Shown in pieces: positions 25,516-34,850 of a stretch of DNA of 64,000 nt; within the stretch, counting starts at the first letter, position 1; each line of letters starts with the position of its first letter. Under the pieces are notes generated by a model, which searched no databases, was not told where the DNA came from, and saw only the letters and a program-made list of their open reading frames with translations. Location of the stretch: NCBI GenBank assembly GCA_963748625.1, contig CAVVJT010000006.1:32001-96000 (forward strand). The letters are read 5' to 3'. The position numbers were made by a program, and so were the translations under genes. The stretch comes from an uncultured Chloroflexia bacterium. Its GTDB lineage: Bacteria; Chloroflexota; Limnocylindria; Limnocylindrales; CSP1-4.

Positions 25516-25848
25516 TCAGCCCAGGCTCAGCATCCGGGCCAGCGCCACGAATGCGACGCCCGCGATCAGCCCCAGGAGCAGGTTCCTGCGCCAGGCGACC
25601 ACGGCCACGCACACTAGCACCCCCAGGATCTCCGGGCCCAGGACGATCGACCGCGCCCCCGCGTCGTCCGTCCGGACGAGGGTCTGGGTTGCCGCGATGG
25701 ACGCCAGGATGGCAGGCCCGACGAGCCGGAGGTAGACAAGGGCACGGGGCGGCAGGCGCTCGATGCCCGGCGCCAGGAGCGGCACGGCCCGGGAGGGGTA
25801 CGTGACAGCTGCCATCAGCAGCGCGAGGAGAACGAGCTCCGTGCTCAA
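25516..25848 (-). CDS. azlD: AzlD-domain branched-chain amino acid exporter small subunit
   Basis: AAVTYPSRAVP...YLRLVGPAILAS; downstream of azlC. Confidence 0.8.
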   Translation of the reverse strand: MSTELVLLALLMAAVTYPSRAVPLLAPGIERLPPRALVYLRLVGPAILASIAATQTLVRTDDAGARSIVLGPEILGVLVCVAVVAWRRNLLLGLIAGVAFVALARMLSLG

Positions 25849-26651
25849 GGCGTCCCCCCGGCCGGCAGCTCGTCGACCTCGGCCATCGCCTCGTCAAGGT
25901 CCACGCGCAGGCCCGTGAGGTCCGACTCCGGCGCCACCTGCGAGCCGCCGTCGGGTATCGCCATGCCGATCAGCGGTCCGAGGAGGCCTCCGGCCACGAT
26001 CCCGACGCTCGGCCCGAGGAGCAGCGAGAACAGCACGCCGATCGCCGCGCCCGCCCCCGCGGCGACGATCTCGCGGCGGCCGGTCGCGAGGCCCACCGCC
26101 AGGCCGGCCATCGCGGCCGGGAACACGACGTCGAGCCCGTACGCGGAAGGGTCGACGATCGCGCCGCCCAGCAGCACCCCGGCGAGCGTGGCGAGGTTCC
26201 ACGGGATGAACACGCCCAGGACCGCCCCAATCCAGTAGCCCGGGACGTCCACGCGCCCGATCCGGTGGAAGTGGGTGGCGGCAAGTGCGAACGCCTCGTC
26301 GGTGAGCACGTGGGCCATCGCGGCGCGCTGGAGGAACGGGAGCTGTCGCAGCCGCGGCGCCAGCGATGCGCTGTAGAGCAGGTGGCGGGCGTTCAGGAAG
26401 AACGTGAGCACGAGGATGGGCAGCCAGGGCAGGCCGGCGCTCACGTAGCCCACGGCCGCGAACTGCGCCGCGCCGGAGAAGGCAAACACGCTCATCGCGG
26501 CCGCCTCGATGGTCGAGTAGCCGGCGTCGCGGGCGGCCAGCCCGAACACGAACCCGAACCCGACGGCAGATACGGCGATGCCCGCGGTGTCCAGGAGGAG
26601 GCGGTGGCGCGCGGCCCGCAGCTCGGCGTCGGCCCCGTTAGTGTCGCTCAA
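25845..26651 (-). CDS. azlC: AzlC family permease
   Basis: MSVFAFSGAAQF, NARHLLYSASL, LTDEAFA, GLDVVFPA. Confidence 0.88.
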   Translation of the reverse strand: MSDTNGADAELRAARHRLLLDTAGIAVSAVGFGFVFGLAARDAGYSTIEAAAMSVFAFSGAAQFAAVGYVSAGLPWLPILVLTFFLNARHLLYSASLAPRLRQLPFLQRAAMAHVLTDEAFALAATHFHRIGRVDVPGYWIGAVLGVFIPWNLATLAGVLLGGAIVDPSAYGLDVVFPAAMAGLAVGLATGRREIVAAGAGAAIGVLFSLLLGPSVGIVAGGLLGPLIGMAIPDGGSQVAPESDLTGLRVDLDEAMAEVDELPAGGTP

Positions 26652-26667
26652 GCGGCCCGCCGGGGGA

Positions 26668-26940
26668 CTAGCGCAGGAAGGACTTCGCGCAGGTCCCGTC
26701 GCAGACCGTGAAGACCGCGCGCTTCTCGATGGCGTAGCCCGCGGCATGCAGGAGGCCGGCGCAGCCCGTGGTGGGGCACTTCCACACCCACCATCGGTCG
26801 TTGTGGTCCAGGGGGATGGCCTCGGCCTTGAGCTTGTCGGCGAGACCCTCGCGCCCCCCGATCAGCTCGGCGACACAGGCCGCGCGAACGGCCTCGGTCT
26901 CGCTGGTGTAGGGGTAGTTCTGGCCGACGTTCGAGGTCAC
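26668..26940 (-). CDS. Small hypothetical protein with four C-terminal Cys (putative Zn ribbon)
   Basis: GGAGG RBS + GTG; WKCPTTGC...VCDGTC; good GC3 codon use. Confidence 0.7.
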   Translation of the reverse strand: MTSNVGQNYPYTSETEAVRAACVAELIGGREGLADKLKAEAIPLDHNDRWWVWKCPTTGCAGLLHAAGYAIEKRAVFTVCDGTCAKSFLR

Positions 26941-27061
26941 GGGCGCCTCCGCTGTCCACACGGGGCCGGCGGCAGATCGGTGTGAACGCGGCTGCCACCG
27001 GCTGGCGGAGGATACCACCCGGCGGCGGCTGCTCCGGGCCGTCCGCCACCCGTCCGAGGGC

Positions 27062-28726
27062 TCATCGAACCGCCGGCAGCCCCGCGCTCCGGGGATCCGT
27101 GGCAGCGGCCAGGGATCCGGCCGCCGCGGGTCCGCCGTCCACCAGCTCGATGGCGTGCTCGTGCCCCAGGCCGCCCTCGTACGAGACGTGCCCGAGTCGG
27201 TGCCCCCGCTCGAGGAGCCCCGCCACCACCCCGTCCCCGAGCTCGCCGTCCGTGAGGACGCGCACGGGCGGCGCGAGCCATCCGTCCGGCTCGACCGTGA
27301 TCCGGGGCGCCGCAACCGCGGTCGCGATGTCCGCCCCGCCGTCCACCAGTGCGGACACGAGCTGGACGTGGATCTGGGGCTGGATGTCGCCGCCCATGGA
27401 CCCGGCAACGACCCACGGGCGCCGTTCTCCTTCGCGGAACAGCATCCCGGGCATGAGGGTATGGGCCGTTCGCTTGCGCGGCTCGAGGACGTTGGGGTGG
27501 GACGGATCCAGCGAGAACGACGCGCCGCGGTTCTGGAAGTGCACGCCTGTCGCCGGGTCCAGGACGCCGGACCCGAAGCCCGCCGCATTCGACTGGATGA
27601 GGCTGACGGCGTTGCCCTCGGCGTCCACGACGCCCAGCCAGATCGTGCCGCCCACGAGGGTGCGAGCCGGGGGCGGTGCCGGGTCGGCGCGTGACGGATC
27701 GACCCGGGCGGCCAGCGCCAAGGCGTGCTCTCGCGAGAGGAGCCGCTCCACCGGGACGTCGCGGAACCCAGGGTCCGTGAGCAGCCGGTCGCGGTCCCCG
27801 AAGGCGAGCTTGGCGGCCTCGAGCTGGAGGTGTGGCCAGGCGGCGTCGGACCAGCCGTGACCGGTGAAGCGGGCGCCCGGCGGGGGCTCGAACTGCTCCA
27901 GGACGTTGAGGATCTCGAGGGCCAGAACGCCGCTGCTGTTGGGCGGGTGCGTCGTGACCCGGACGCCCCGGTACGTGGTGGAGATCGGTGAGCCCCAGGT
28001 GCTGCGGTGCTCCCGCAGGTCGGCCGCGGTGTGCGCGCCGCCGAACGCCCGCAGCCCGGCCGCGATCCGCTCACCCAGGTCACCGTCGTAGCAGGCGTCG
28101 AAGCCGTCGACGGCGAGGGTGCGCAGGGAGGCGGCCAGCGCGGGGAGCCGGATCAGCTCGCCGTGCCGCCACGGGCGCCCCTCGGGCCGCCACACGCTCC
28201 GGAACCCGGCCGTCCACGGCTCCCGGCCCAGGCTCGCCTCCGTCCCCTCCACGGCGTCCACCAGCCCGGCCCACGCCGGGAACCCGGCCGCCGCGTGCTC
28301 GATCGCCGCCGCGAGCACCGCGTCGCGGGACAGGCGGCCCCAGCGGCGATGGGCATCGGCCCAGGAGCGAACCGCGCCCGGGACCGTGATGGCGAGCGGC
28401 CCGCGCAGCGGAATCCGGTCCAGGCCACGGTCGCGCAGCCCGGCGGCGTCCACCCCGGCCGGTGAGCGCCCGGAGCCGTTGAGGGCCACCTGCTCGCCGG
28501 CCGCCTCGTCCCACACCAGCCAGAACGCGTCGCCGCCGATCCCACAACCGTTGGGCATCACCACGCCCAGCACGGCGTTGGTGGCGATGGCGGCGTCCAC
28601 GGCATGCCCGCCGGCCGCAAGCACGGCCAACCCGGCCGCCGTCGCGAGATGATGCGGCGCCACGACGGCACCGCGGGTTCCGCGGACCAGCCGGGCGGGA
28701 ACGAGCGCCACGTCAGGCTCTGGCAT
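27062..28726 (-). CDS. ggt: Gamma-glutamyltransferase family protein
   Basis: GGHAVDAAIA, GIGGDAF, TVPG, catalytic Thr in GGTIWLGVVD, QNRG, GSMGGDIQPQ. Confidence 0.9.
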   Translation of the reverse strand: MPEPDVALVPARLVRGTRGAVVAPHHLATAAGLAVLAAGGHAVDAAIATNAVLGVVMPNGCGIGGDAFWLVWDEAAGEQVALNGSGRSPAGVDAAGLRDRGLDRIPLRGPLAITVPGAVRSWADAHRRWGRLSRDAVLAAAIEHAAAGFPAWAGLVDAVEGTEASLGREPWTAGFRSVWRPEGRPWRHGELIRLPALAASLRTLAVDGFDACYDGDLGERIAAGLRAFGGAHTAADLREHRSTWGSPISTTYRGVRVTTHPPNSSGVLALEILNVLEQFEPPPGARFTGHGWSDAAWPHLQLEAAKLAFGDRDRLLTDPGFRDVPVERLLSREHALALAARVDPSRADPAPPPARTLVGGTIWLGVVDAEGNAVSLIQSNAAGFGSGVLDPATGVHFQNRGASFSLDPSHPNVLEPRKRTAHTLMPGMLFREGERRPWVVAGSMGGDIQPQIHVQLVSALVDGGADIATAVAAPRITVEPDGWLAPPVRVLTDGELGDGVVAGLLERGHRLGHVSYEGGLGHEHAIELVDGGPAAAGSLAAATDPRSAGLPAVR

Positions 28727-29993
28727 CGGCCGCCACGCCGCCCACCTGGTGCTCGTACCGGCGCAGCCTGCTCAGCGGCAGGAAGGCGATCGCCAGGAGG
28801 ATCAGCGACGCGACGAGGATTCCGTCGAGCCCCGCCGCCTGGGCCGCCACGCCGCCCACGATGCTGCCCACGATCTGACCGAGGCCCAGGAACACCGAGT
28901 AGAGGCCCATGATCGCGCCCCGGTCGTCGGGGTAGGCCTCGGTCATGTCCGCGAGCAGGCCGATGGCGGCGGGCGTGGCTCCGGCGAGGACGAACAGACC
29001 CGCAGCCGCGATCACGACCAGCGCGAGCAGCAGCGGCAGGGGGTCGGCGCCCACGTGGTTGATGGCCGCGGCGGCCGTCAGCATCACCGCGCCGCCGATG
29101 ATCCCGTAGACGATGATCGACGTCCTGCGCATGCTCTTGAACTTGCCGCCCCAGTAGAACAGGCCCGCGAAGAACAGGAGCCCGCCGATCGCCAGGCCCG
29201 CGCTGACCTGGAGCGGGTCGAAGCCGCCCATGAGCTGCTGCTCCGAGAACCGCGGGTCGGGCTCGCGGACCAGCTGGAACAGTGTCTGGCTGGTGTACAG
29301 GCCGAGCGTGGCGTTGATGGCGATCCACGTGGGCGCCAGCAGCCAGACGTGGGAACCGCGCAGGATCCGGAGGTAGCGATGCAGGCCCTCGTCGGGATCG
29401 TGGCCGTGGGCCGCCGGCGCCGGCTCGGCGTGCTCGGGGACACCCAGCTTGTAGATCGCGAAGGAGACGCCGTACAGGACCGCGTTGGCCAGGAACGCCG
29501 TGGGGCCCAAGGCAGCGAACAGCGGGCCCGCGACGACGAAGCCGAGCAGCAGCCCCGCCAGGGTCGCGGCCTCGAACCGGGCGACGGCTTTGCCCCGCAA
29601 CAGCTCGTCGGAGGCGGTGGCGAAGGCGATGAACCCCAGGATCGAGGGTACCGACGCGGCCGTCGACGCTCCCTCGAGCAGGCGGGTGAAACCGATGACC
29701 GGGAGGCTGACCGCGAACGCCGTGATGATGACGGCGACTGCGCCGAATGCCGGGCCAACGAGCATGATCCGGCGGTGGCCGACGCGATCCGACAGGACAC
29801 CGAAGATCGGCGAGAGCACGAGCTCGCTCGCGTAGAACAGCGCCCCCAGGACGCCGATCTCCCATGCCTCCACGGTCTCGCCGCCGTACCGGGGCAGGAC
29901 GGCCAGGTAGTAGATCAGCATGGCGCCGGTCACGCCCGTCGCGAGTCGCAGCGTGAAGGTGCCGAAGATCACCGCGAGGATGGGACGCGCCAT
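28713..29993 (-). CDS. MFS transporter
   Basis: GVLSDRVGHRR motif A; about 12 TMs; RGAIMGLYS. Confidence 0.88.
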   Translation of the reverse strand: MARPILAVIFGTFTLRLATGVTGAMLIYYLAVLPRYGGETVEAWEIGVLGALFYASELVLSPIFGVLSDRVGHRRIMLVGPAFGAVAVIITAFAVSLPVIGFTRLLEGASTAASVPSILGFIAFATASDELLRGKAVARFEAATLAGLLLGFVVAGPLFAALGPTAFLANAVLYGVSFAIYKLGVPEHAEPAPAAHGHDPDEGLHRYLRILRGSHVWLLAPTWIAINATLGLYTSQTLFQLVREPDPRFSEQQLMGGFDPLQVSAGLAIGGLLFFAGLFYWGGKFKSMRRTSIIVYGIIGGAVMLTAAAAINHVGADPLPLLLALVVIAAAGLFVLAGATPAAIGLLADMTEAYPDDRGAIMGLYSVFLGLGQIVGSIVGGVAAQAAGLDGILVASLILLAIAFLPLSRLRRYEHQVGGVAADARA

Positions 29994-30175
29994 GCATGGA
30001 AGCGTATCGGGTCGGGACCGTGCGGTCGTGCCCGAATTTCCGCCGGGACTGATCGTGGCCGCGCGGGCGTGCGCGCCGGTTGCTGTCGCCGAGCCACGCC
30101 GCTCCGTATGATCCGTGTCCCGAGAGGGAGCCCCGCCCGCGGCGGCAACCGTCAGCGCCCGAGGAGGCCCAGCCC

Positions 30176-31021
30176 GTGTCCCGTGTCGCGATCGTCACCG
30201 ACTCTGCCAGCGACCTGCCGCCCGAGGTCGCGGCCGCGGCCGGCATCACCATCGTCCCGCTGGTCGTGAACTTCGGGTCCGAGACGTTCCGCCCGAACGT
30301 CAACCTGACCACCGACGAGTTCTGGGCCCGGATGACCGCGCCCGACGCGCCGTTCCCGACGACCGCCGCCGCCTCGCCGGGCGACTTCGGGAAGGCCTAC
30401 CAGGCGGCGTTCGGCGCCGGCGCCGGCGCCGTCGTCTGCATCACCGTGTCGGGCGACCTGTCCGGCACGCTCAAGTCCGCGACGCTCGGCGCGCAGGGGC
30501 TGCCGGACCGCGAGATCCACGTCATCGACTCCCGCTCCGCGTCCATGGGCCACGGGATGCTGGCCCAGGTAGGCGCGGAGATGGCAGCCGAGGGGGCGAC
30601 CGGGGCGGTGATCGCGGCGGCCCTCGAGGAGGCCAGGACGCGCATCAACCTGTACGTGGCGCTGGACACGCTCGAGTACCTCAAGCGCGGCGGGCGGATC
30701 AGCGGCGCGCGCGCGGCGATGGGCACGATGCTCTCGATCAAGCCGATCATCACGGTGACCGACGGCCTGGTGGAGAACGCCGAGCGGGTGCGGACCCGGG
30801 CGAAGGCGCGCGAGCGCTGCCTGGAGCTCCTGACCGAGCGTCCGATGGAGCGGGTGACCGTCCTGCACACCACCAACGCCGATGTCGAGGAGTTCCGTGC
30901 CCGGCTCATCGAGCGGGCCGGACTGGATCCGGCCAGGGTCCAGACGATGACCGTCGGGCCGTCCGTTGGCCCGCACCTTGGCCCGGGCTGCGTCGGCGCC
31001 GTGGCGATCTACGAGGCCTGA
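30176..31021 (+). CDS. DegV family fatty-acid-binding protein
   Basis: IVTDSASDLP, SGDLSGT, VIDSRSAS, LEYLKRGGRI, HLGPG. Confidence 0.92.
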   Translation: MSRVAIVTDSASDLPPEVAAAAGITIVPLVVNFGSETFRPNVNLTTDEFWARMTAPDAPFPTTAAASPGDFGKAYQAAFGAGAGAVVCITVSGDLSGTLKSATLGAQGLPDREIHVIDSRSASMGHGMLAQVGAEMAAEGATGAVIAAALEEARTRINLYVALDTLEYLKRGGRISGARAAMGTMLSIKPIITVTDGLVENAERVRTRAKARERCLELLTERPMERVTVLHTTNADVEEFRARLIERAGLDPARVQTMTVGPSVGPHLGPGCVGAVAIYEA

Positions 31022-31308
31022 TCGAGTCGCCGGTTGCGATGCATCGGTGCGGGCGAGAACCTCGGCAGCGTCCCGGACCCCTGCCACTCGACAGGGACGG
31101 CGAGGTGACGGATTGGTTGCGGCAGGGTGACGAGCGGCCCGTGGGCGGGGCCGTCTCGTGGCTATACTCGGACTTCGAAGGCGGCGTGCGACGAGCGGCC
31201 GGCCATGCCGTGGCCGGCACTCGAAACCGCCCCCGTGGGGTCGTCCGGATGACGACCCATCGCTCAGGGACGGCGTCCACCGCCCCGCCACCGAGGATCT
31301 TCCGTTCC

Positions 31309-32574
31309 ATGACGACGGAGAAGGCAACGGCGCCGATCAACGCCTGGCAGGTCGCGCAGCACCAGTTTGATCTCGCGGCCGAGATGCTCAACCTTGACCC
31401 GGGCCTGCGCAATGTGCTGCGCGAGCCGCGCCGCGAGCTCACGGTCCACTTCCCGGTGCACATGGACGACGGTACCGTCCAGGTCTTCACCGGCTATCGC
31501 GTCCAGCACAATCTCGGCCGAGGCCCCGCCAAGGGCGGCATCCGGTACCATCAGGACGTCACGCTCGACGAGGTCAAGGCCCTCGCGATGTGGATGACCT
31601 GGAAGTGCGCGGTCGTGGGTATCCCGTACGGTGGCGGCAAGGGCGGCGTCAGCGTCGACCCCAAGAAGCTGTCCCAGCGGGAGCTCGAGGGCCTCAGCCG
31701 CAGGTACTTCACCGAGATCTCGATCCTCATCGGACCCGAGCGCGACATCCCGGCGCCGGACGTCAACACGACGCCCCAGATCATGGCCTGGTTCATGGAC
31801 ACGTATTCCATGCACGTCGGCTACACGGTCCCCGGCGTGGTGACCGGGAAGCCGATCAGCCTGGGCGGCTCGGAGGGTCGCAACGAGGCCACCGCGCGCG
31901 GCTGCGTGTTCACGATCGTGGACGCGGCCAAGCACCTCGGCATGGACCTCGCCAGGACGACGACCGTCGTCCAGGGCTTCGGCAACGCCGGCTACATCGC
32001 GGCGCGGCTCATGGCCGACGAGCGTTCGACGATCATCGCGGTCTCCGACACGGGCGGCGGCATCAAGAACGAGGACGGCCTCGACGTCGACCGCGTGCTC
32101 AACTGGAAGAAGGAGCACGGCACCGTCGTCGGGTTCCCGGGCAGCACGACGATCACGAACGCGGAACTCCTGGAGCTGCCCTGCGACATCCTGATCCCGG
32201 CCGCCTACGAGAACCAGATCACCGCCGCGAACGCGGACAACGTGAAGGCCAAGATCGTCGCCGAGGCCGCCAACGGTCCCACGACACCCGAGGCCGACAA
32301 GATCCTGGCGAGCAAGGGCGTGTTCATGATCCCGGACATCCTCGCGAACGCCGGCGGCGTGACCGTCAGCTACTTCGAGTGGGTGCAGGACCTGAACCGC
32401 GACCACTGGAGCGAGGCCGTCGTCAACGCCAAGCTCAAGGAGATCATGGACCGCTCCTTCGGGGAGGTCCTCGCGATGGCGCATCTCAAGGACGTCGACA
32501 TGCGCACGGCGGCGTACCTCGTCGCCGTGAAGCGCGTCGCCGACGCGACCGCCCTCCGCGGCCTCTACCCGTAA
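31309..32574 (+). CDS. gdhA: Glu/Leu/Phe/Val dehydrogenase (glutamate dehydrogenase)
   Basis: GPAKGGIRY, GGGKGG, DIPAPDV, QGFGNAG, EAANGP, NAGGVTVSYFEW. Confidence 0.93.
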   Translation: MTTEKATAPINAWQVAQHQFDLAAEMLNLDPGLRNVLREPRRELTVHFPVHMDDGTVQVFTGYRVQHNLGRGPAKGGIRYHQDVTLDEVKALAMWMTWKCAVVGIPYGGGKGGVSVDPKKLSQRELEGLSRRYFTEISILIGPERDIPAPDVNTTPQIMAWFMDTYSMHVGYTVPGVVTGKPISLGGSEGRNEATARGCVFTIVDAAKHLGMDLARTTTVVQGFGNAGYIAARLMADERSTIIAVSDTGGGIKNEDGLDVDRVLNWKKEHGTVVGFPGSTTITNAELLELPCDILIPAAYENQITAANADNVKAKIVAEAANGPTTPEADKILASKGVFMIPDILANAGGVTVSYFEWVQDLNRDHWSEAVVNAKLKEIMDRSFGEVLAMAHLKDVDMRTAAYLVAVKRVADATALRGLYP

Positions 32575-32615
32575 GCCCCCCGCGGCCATCGTGGCCGTAG
32601 CGATTGGCTACGCGC

Positions 32616-32645
32616 GAAATGGCCCGGGTTCGCCCGGGCCGTTTC
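32616..32645 (+). terminator. Strong hairpin after gdhA, probable intrinsic terminator
   Basis: GAAATGGCCCGGG-TTCG-CCCGGGCCGTTTC stem-loop. Confidence 0.6.
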
Positions 32646-32779
32646 AATTCCCCGGTCTTCCCGCGTCTCTTCCCCGGCAACTCAGCCCGGAGTCATCCGG
32701 CAGGTCGCAACGAGGAGCTGGGCCGCGATCAGGGTGATTCGGCGCCCGAGCCCTGCACGCCGCGTGCCGGCATGACCCG

Positions 32780-32842
32780 GGGTCGAGTCGCGCCGGGTCG
32801 AGTCGCGCCGGGTCGAGTCGCGCCGGGTCGAGTCGCGCCGGG
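32780..32842. repeat. Tandem repeat, 4 x GGGTCGAGTCGCGCC (15 bp)
   Basis: Four perfect adjacent copies in an intergenic region. Confidence 0.9.
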
Positions 32843-32941
32843 CCGGTCGTCGCGGCCGGGTGTGGGTTCGGACCACCGGGCGCCGCCTCCGGGGGCGGTG
32901 CGGGCGTCAGGGCCGACCCGGCCCCCTGCTACCATCCCTCC

Positions 32942-33547
32942 ATGCTTGACCACGAGGAGAAGTTCCTCTTCAAGGAGGAGATCCTCCACCTCGCCGACGC
33001 CCTCAACGACCCCGGCAGCCTCGACAACGTCGAGGATCTCCTGACCGATGTGATCACCAGCCCGCGGTTCGACTCCGAGGTCTTCACCCTGGAGCGCAGC
33101 CTCCAGGTGATGCTGGGCGCCCGGGCCGGTACGACGCTCGTCGGGCTCGTGACCGTCGCCCCCGAGGTCTTCGAGGAGGTCGCGGAGGTACGGATCCCGC
33201 CCGAGGTCTACGAGCGCCTCGTCGCCTGGCGGGCGCGGTTCGGCCTCGCCATCGACAACGCGCTCAACTTCCTCAACAACCCCGACGGTATCCAGGGCCA
33301 CAACTTCAGCACCCAGGTCGCACACGTCGAGGAGCGCCGGGTGCTCCAGGGCCGCCTCACGATGGTCCGTTACAACAACGAGCCCCAGTTCTTCATCGCC
33401 GACGCCGCGGTGTTCCTGGGCCTGGTCACGGACATCATGGAGCGCCTCGGGCCGTACCTCGAGCCCGACAGCGTGGACGAGGAGTCGCTCACGCGCCTGC
33501 GCGAGGTCGTGCAGCTCATCGAACGCAAGACCGCCTCGCGGGGCTGA
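32942..33547 (+). CDS. Hypothetical acidic cytoplasmic protein
   Basis: Strong GC3 codon bias; TACCAT 6 nt upstream; no family recognised. Confidence 0.8.
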   Translation: MLDHEEKFLFKEEILHLADALNDPGSLDNVEDLLTDVITSPRFDSEVFTLERSLQVMLGARAGTTLVGLVTVAPEVFEEVAEVRIPPEVYERLVAWRARFGLAIDNALNFLNNPDGIQGHNFSTQVAHVEERRVLQGRLTMVRYNNEPQFFIADAAVFLGLVTDIMERLGPYLEPDSVDEESLTRLREVVQLIERKTASRG

Positions 33548-33558
33548 GCGGCAACCGC

Positions 33559-34728
33559 GTGCGCCAGCTGTTCCTCGCCGCCACCGGCCAGAACCGCGGC
33601 AAGACCACGGCCTGCGTCGGGCTGCTGGACGGCTTCCGTCGTCGCGGCTACCGGACCGGATTCTCCAAGCCCGTGGGCCAGCGCACCATGATGATCGACG
33701 GGGAGCCGGGCGACGAGGACGCCGTCCTGATGAAGACGATCTTCGGCCTGCCCGACCCGTACACCGCGATGAGCCCGATCCACATCCCGCGCGGCTTCAC
33801 CAAGAGCTACCTGGCCGGCGACGTGGTCGAGGACATGGAGGGCCCGATCCTCGCGGCCCAACGGTACTTCGCCGACCACGACATCTGGCTCATCGAGGGC
33901 ACGGGCCACGCCGGTGTCGGCGCGGTCGTGGGGCTGTCGAACGCACGGGTCGCCTCGATGCTCCGGGCGCCGACGGTCATCATCTCCGAGGGTGGCGTGG
34001 GCCGGCCGATCGACGAGATCGTGCTCAACGCCTCGCACTTCGAGGCGCACGGGGTGCCGGTCGCGGGCGCCATCGTGAACAAGCTCCGGGTTGACGAGTC
34101 GCCCGGGATCGAGAAGACGCTGGAGCGCGGCCTCGCGCTGCACGGGATCCCGCTCCTGGGCGTTCTGCCCTACAAGCCCATCCTGTCCAGTCCCACGCTG
34201 GACATGGTGCTGCGTGGCGTGAAGGGCCGGGTCATCTGCCCCGGGCCGGACCTGGACCGGGTGATCGATGGCGTCGCAATCGGCGCGATGGAACCGAACC
34301 ACATGCTGGAGCACGTCGGTCCCGGCACCCTCGTGATCGTGCCCGGGGACCGCGAGGACGCGATCCTGACGCTGGCCGCAGCCCACCTGCCGGACTCGGC
34401 GCCCGCGCGCGCCATCGAGCACCTCGAGACGCTCGTGGACGAGACGCCCGGGGCCATCGACGCCGGCCCCGAGGGCAAGGCGCTGGGCATCGTGCTCACC
34501 GGTGGCTATGAGCCGCGGCCGGAGGTCCTGGCCGCGATCCGCCATGCCAACCTGTTCACGGCCATCGTCCCCGAGGACACCTACACCGTGGCGTCCGTGG
34601 TCCACGACCTCCTCGTGAAGACGCACCCGGCGGACGTCGGCAAGATCGAGCTCATCAAGGAGCTGGTCTGGGAGCACCTGCAGATGGACCGCTTCCTCGA
34701 GGTCGCCACCGAGGCGAGGTTCGACTGA
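33559..34728 (+). CDS. BioD-like P-loop + DRTGG protein (phosphotransacetylase N-terminal-like)
   Basis: ATGQNRGKTT, FSKPVG, IEGTG, IVPGDREDAIL, IVLTGG; no PTA catalytic domain. Confidence 0.82.
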   Translation: MRQLFLAATGQNRGKTTACVGLLDGFRRRGYRTGFSKPVGQRTMMIDGEPGDEDAVLMKTIFGLPDPYTAMSPIHIPRGFTKSYLAGDVVEDMEGPILAAQRYFADHDIWLIEGTGHAGVGAVVGLSNARVASMLRAPTVIISEGGVGRPIDEIVLNASHFEAHGVPVAGAIVNKLRVDESPGIEKTLERGLALHGIPLLGVLPYKPILSSPTLDMVLRGVKGRVICPGPDLDRVIDGVAIGAMEPNHMLEHVGPGTLVIVPGDREDAILTLAAAHLPDSAPARAIEHLETLVDETPGAIDAGPEGKALGIVLTGGYEPRPEVLAAIRHANLFTAIVPEDTYTVASVVHDLLVKTHPADVGKIELIKELVWEHLQMDRFLEVATEARFD

Positions 34729-34850
34729 CGAACGCCCCGCCCGCCGTCGCCGACGCCCCCATCGACGCTCCCGCCGCCGCCTCAATCCCGCCTGCCGTCA
34801 TCGCCGGCACCGCTGTCGTCGCGATCCCTGCCGCTCGCCCGCAGTCGATC

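Noticed and set aside
30115-31308. N-terminally extended 819-aa glutamate dehydrogenase
   Set aside because: The extension overlaps degV out of frame and is low-complexity; the real start is ATG 31309 with an RBS-like GAGGA
32780-32842. 15-bp repeat as CRISPR or iterons
   Set aside because: No spacers and no rep gene; a simple VNTR
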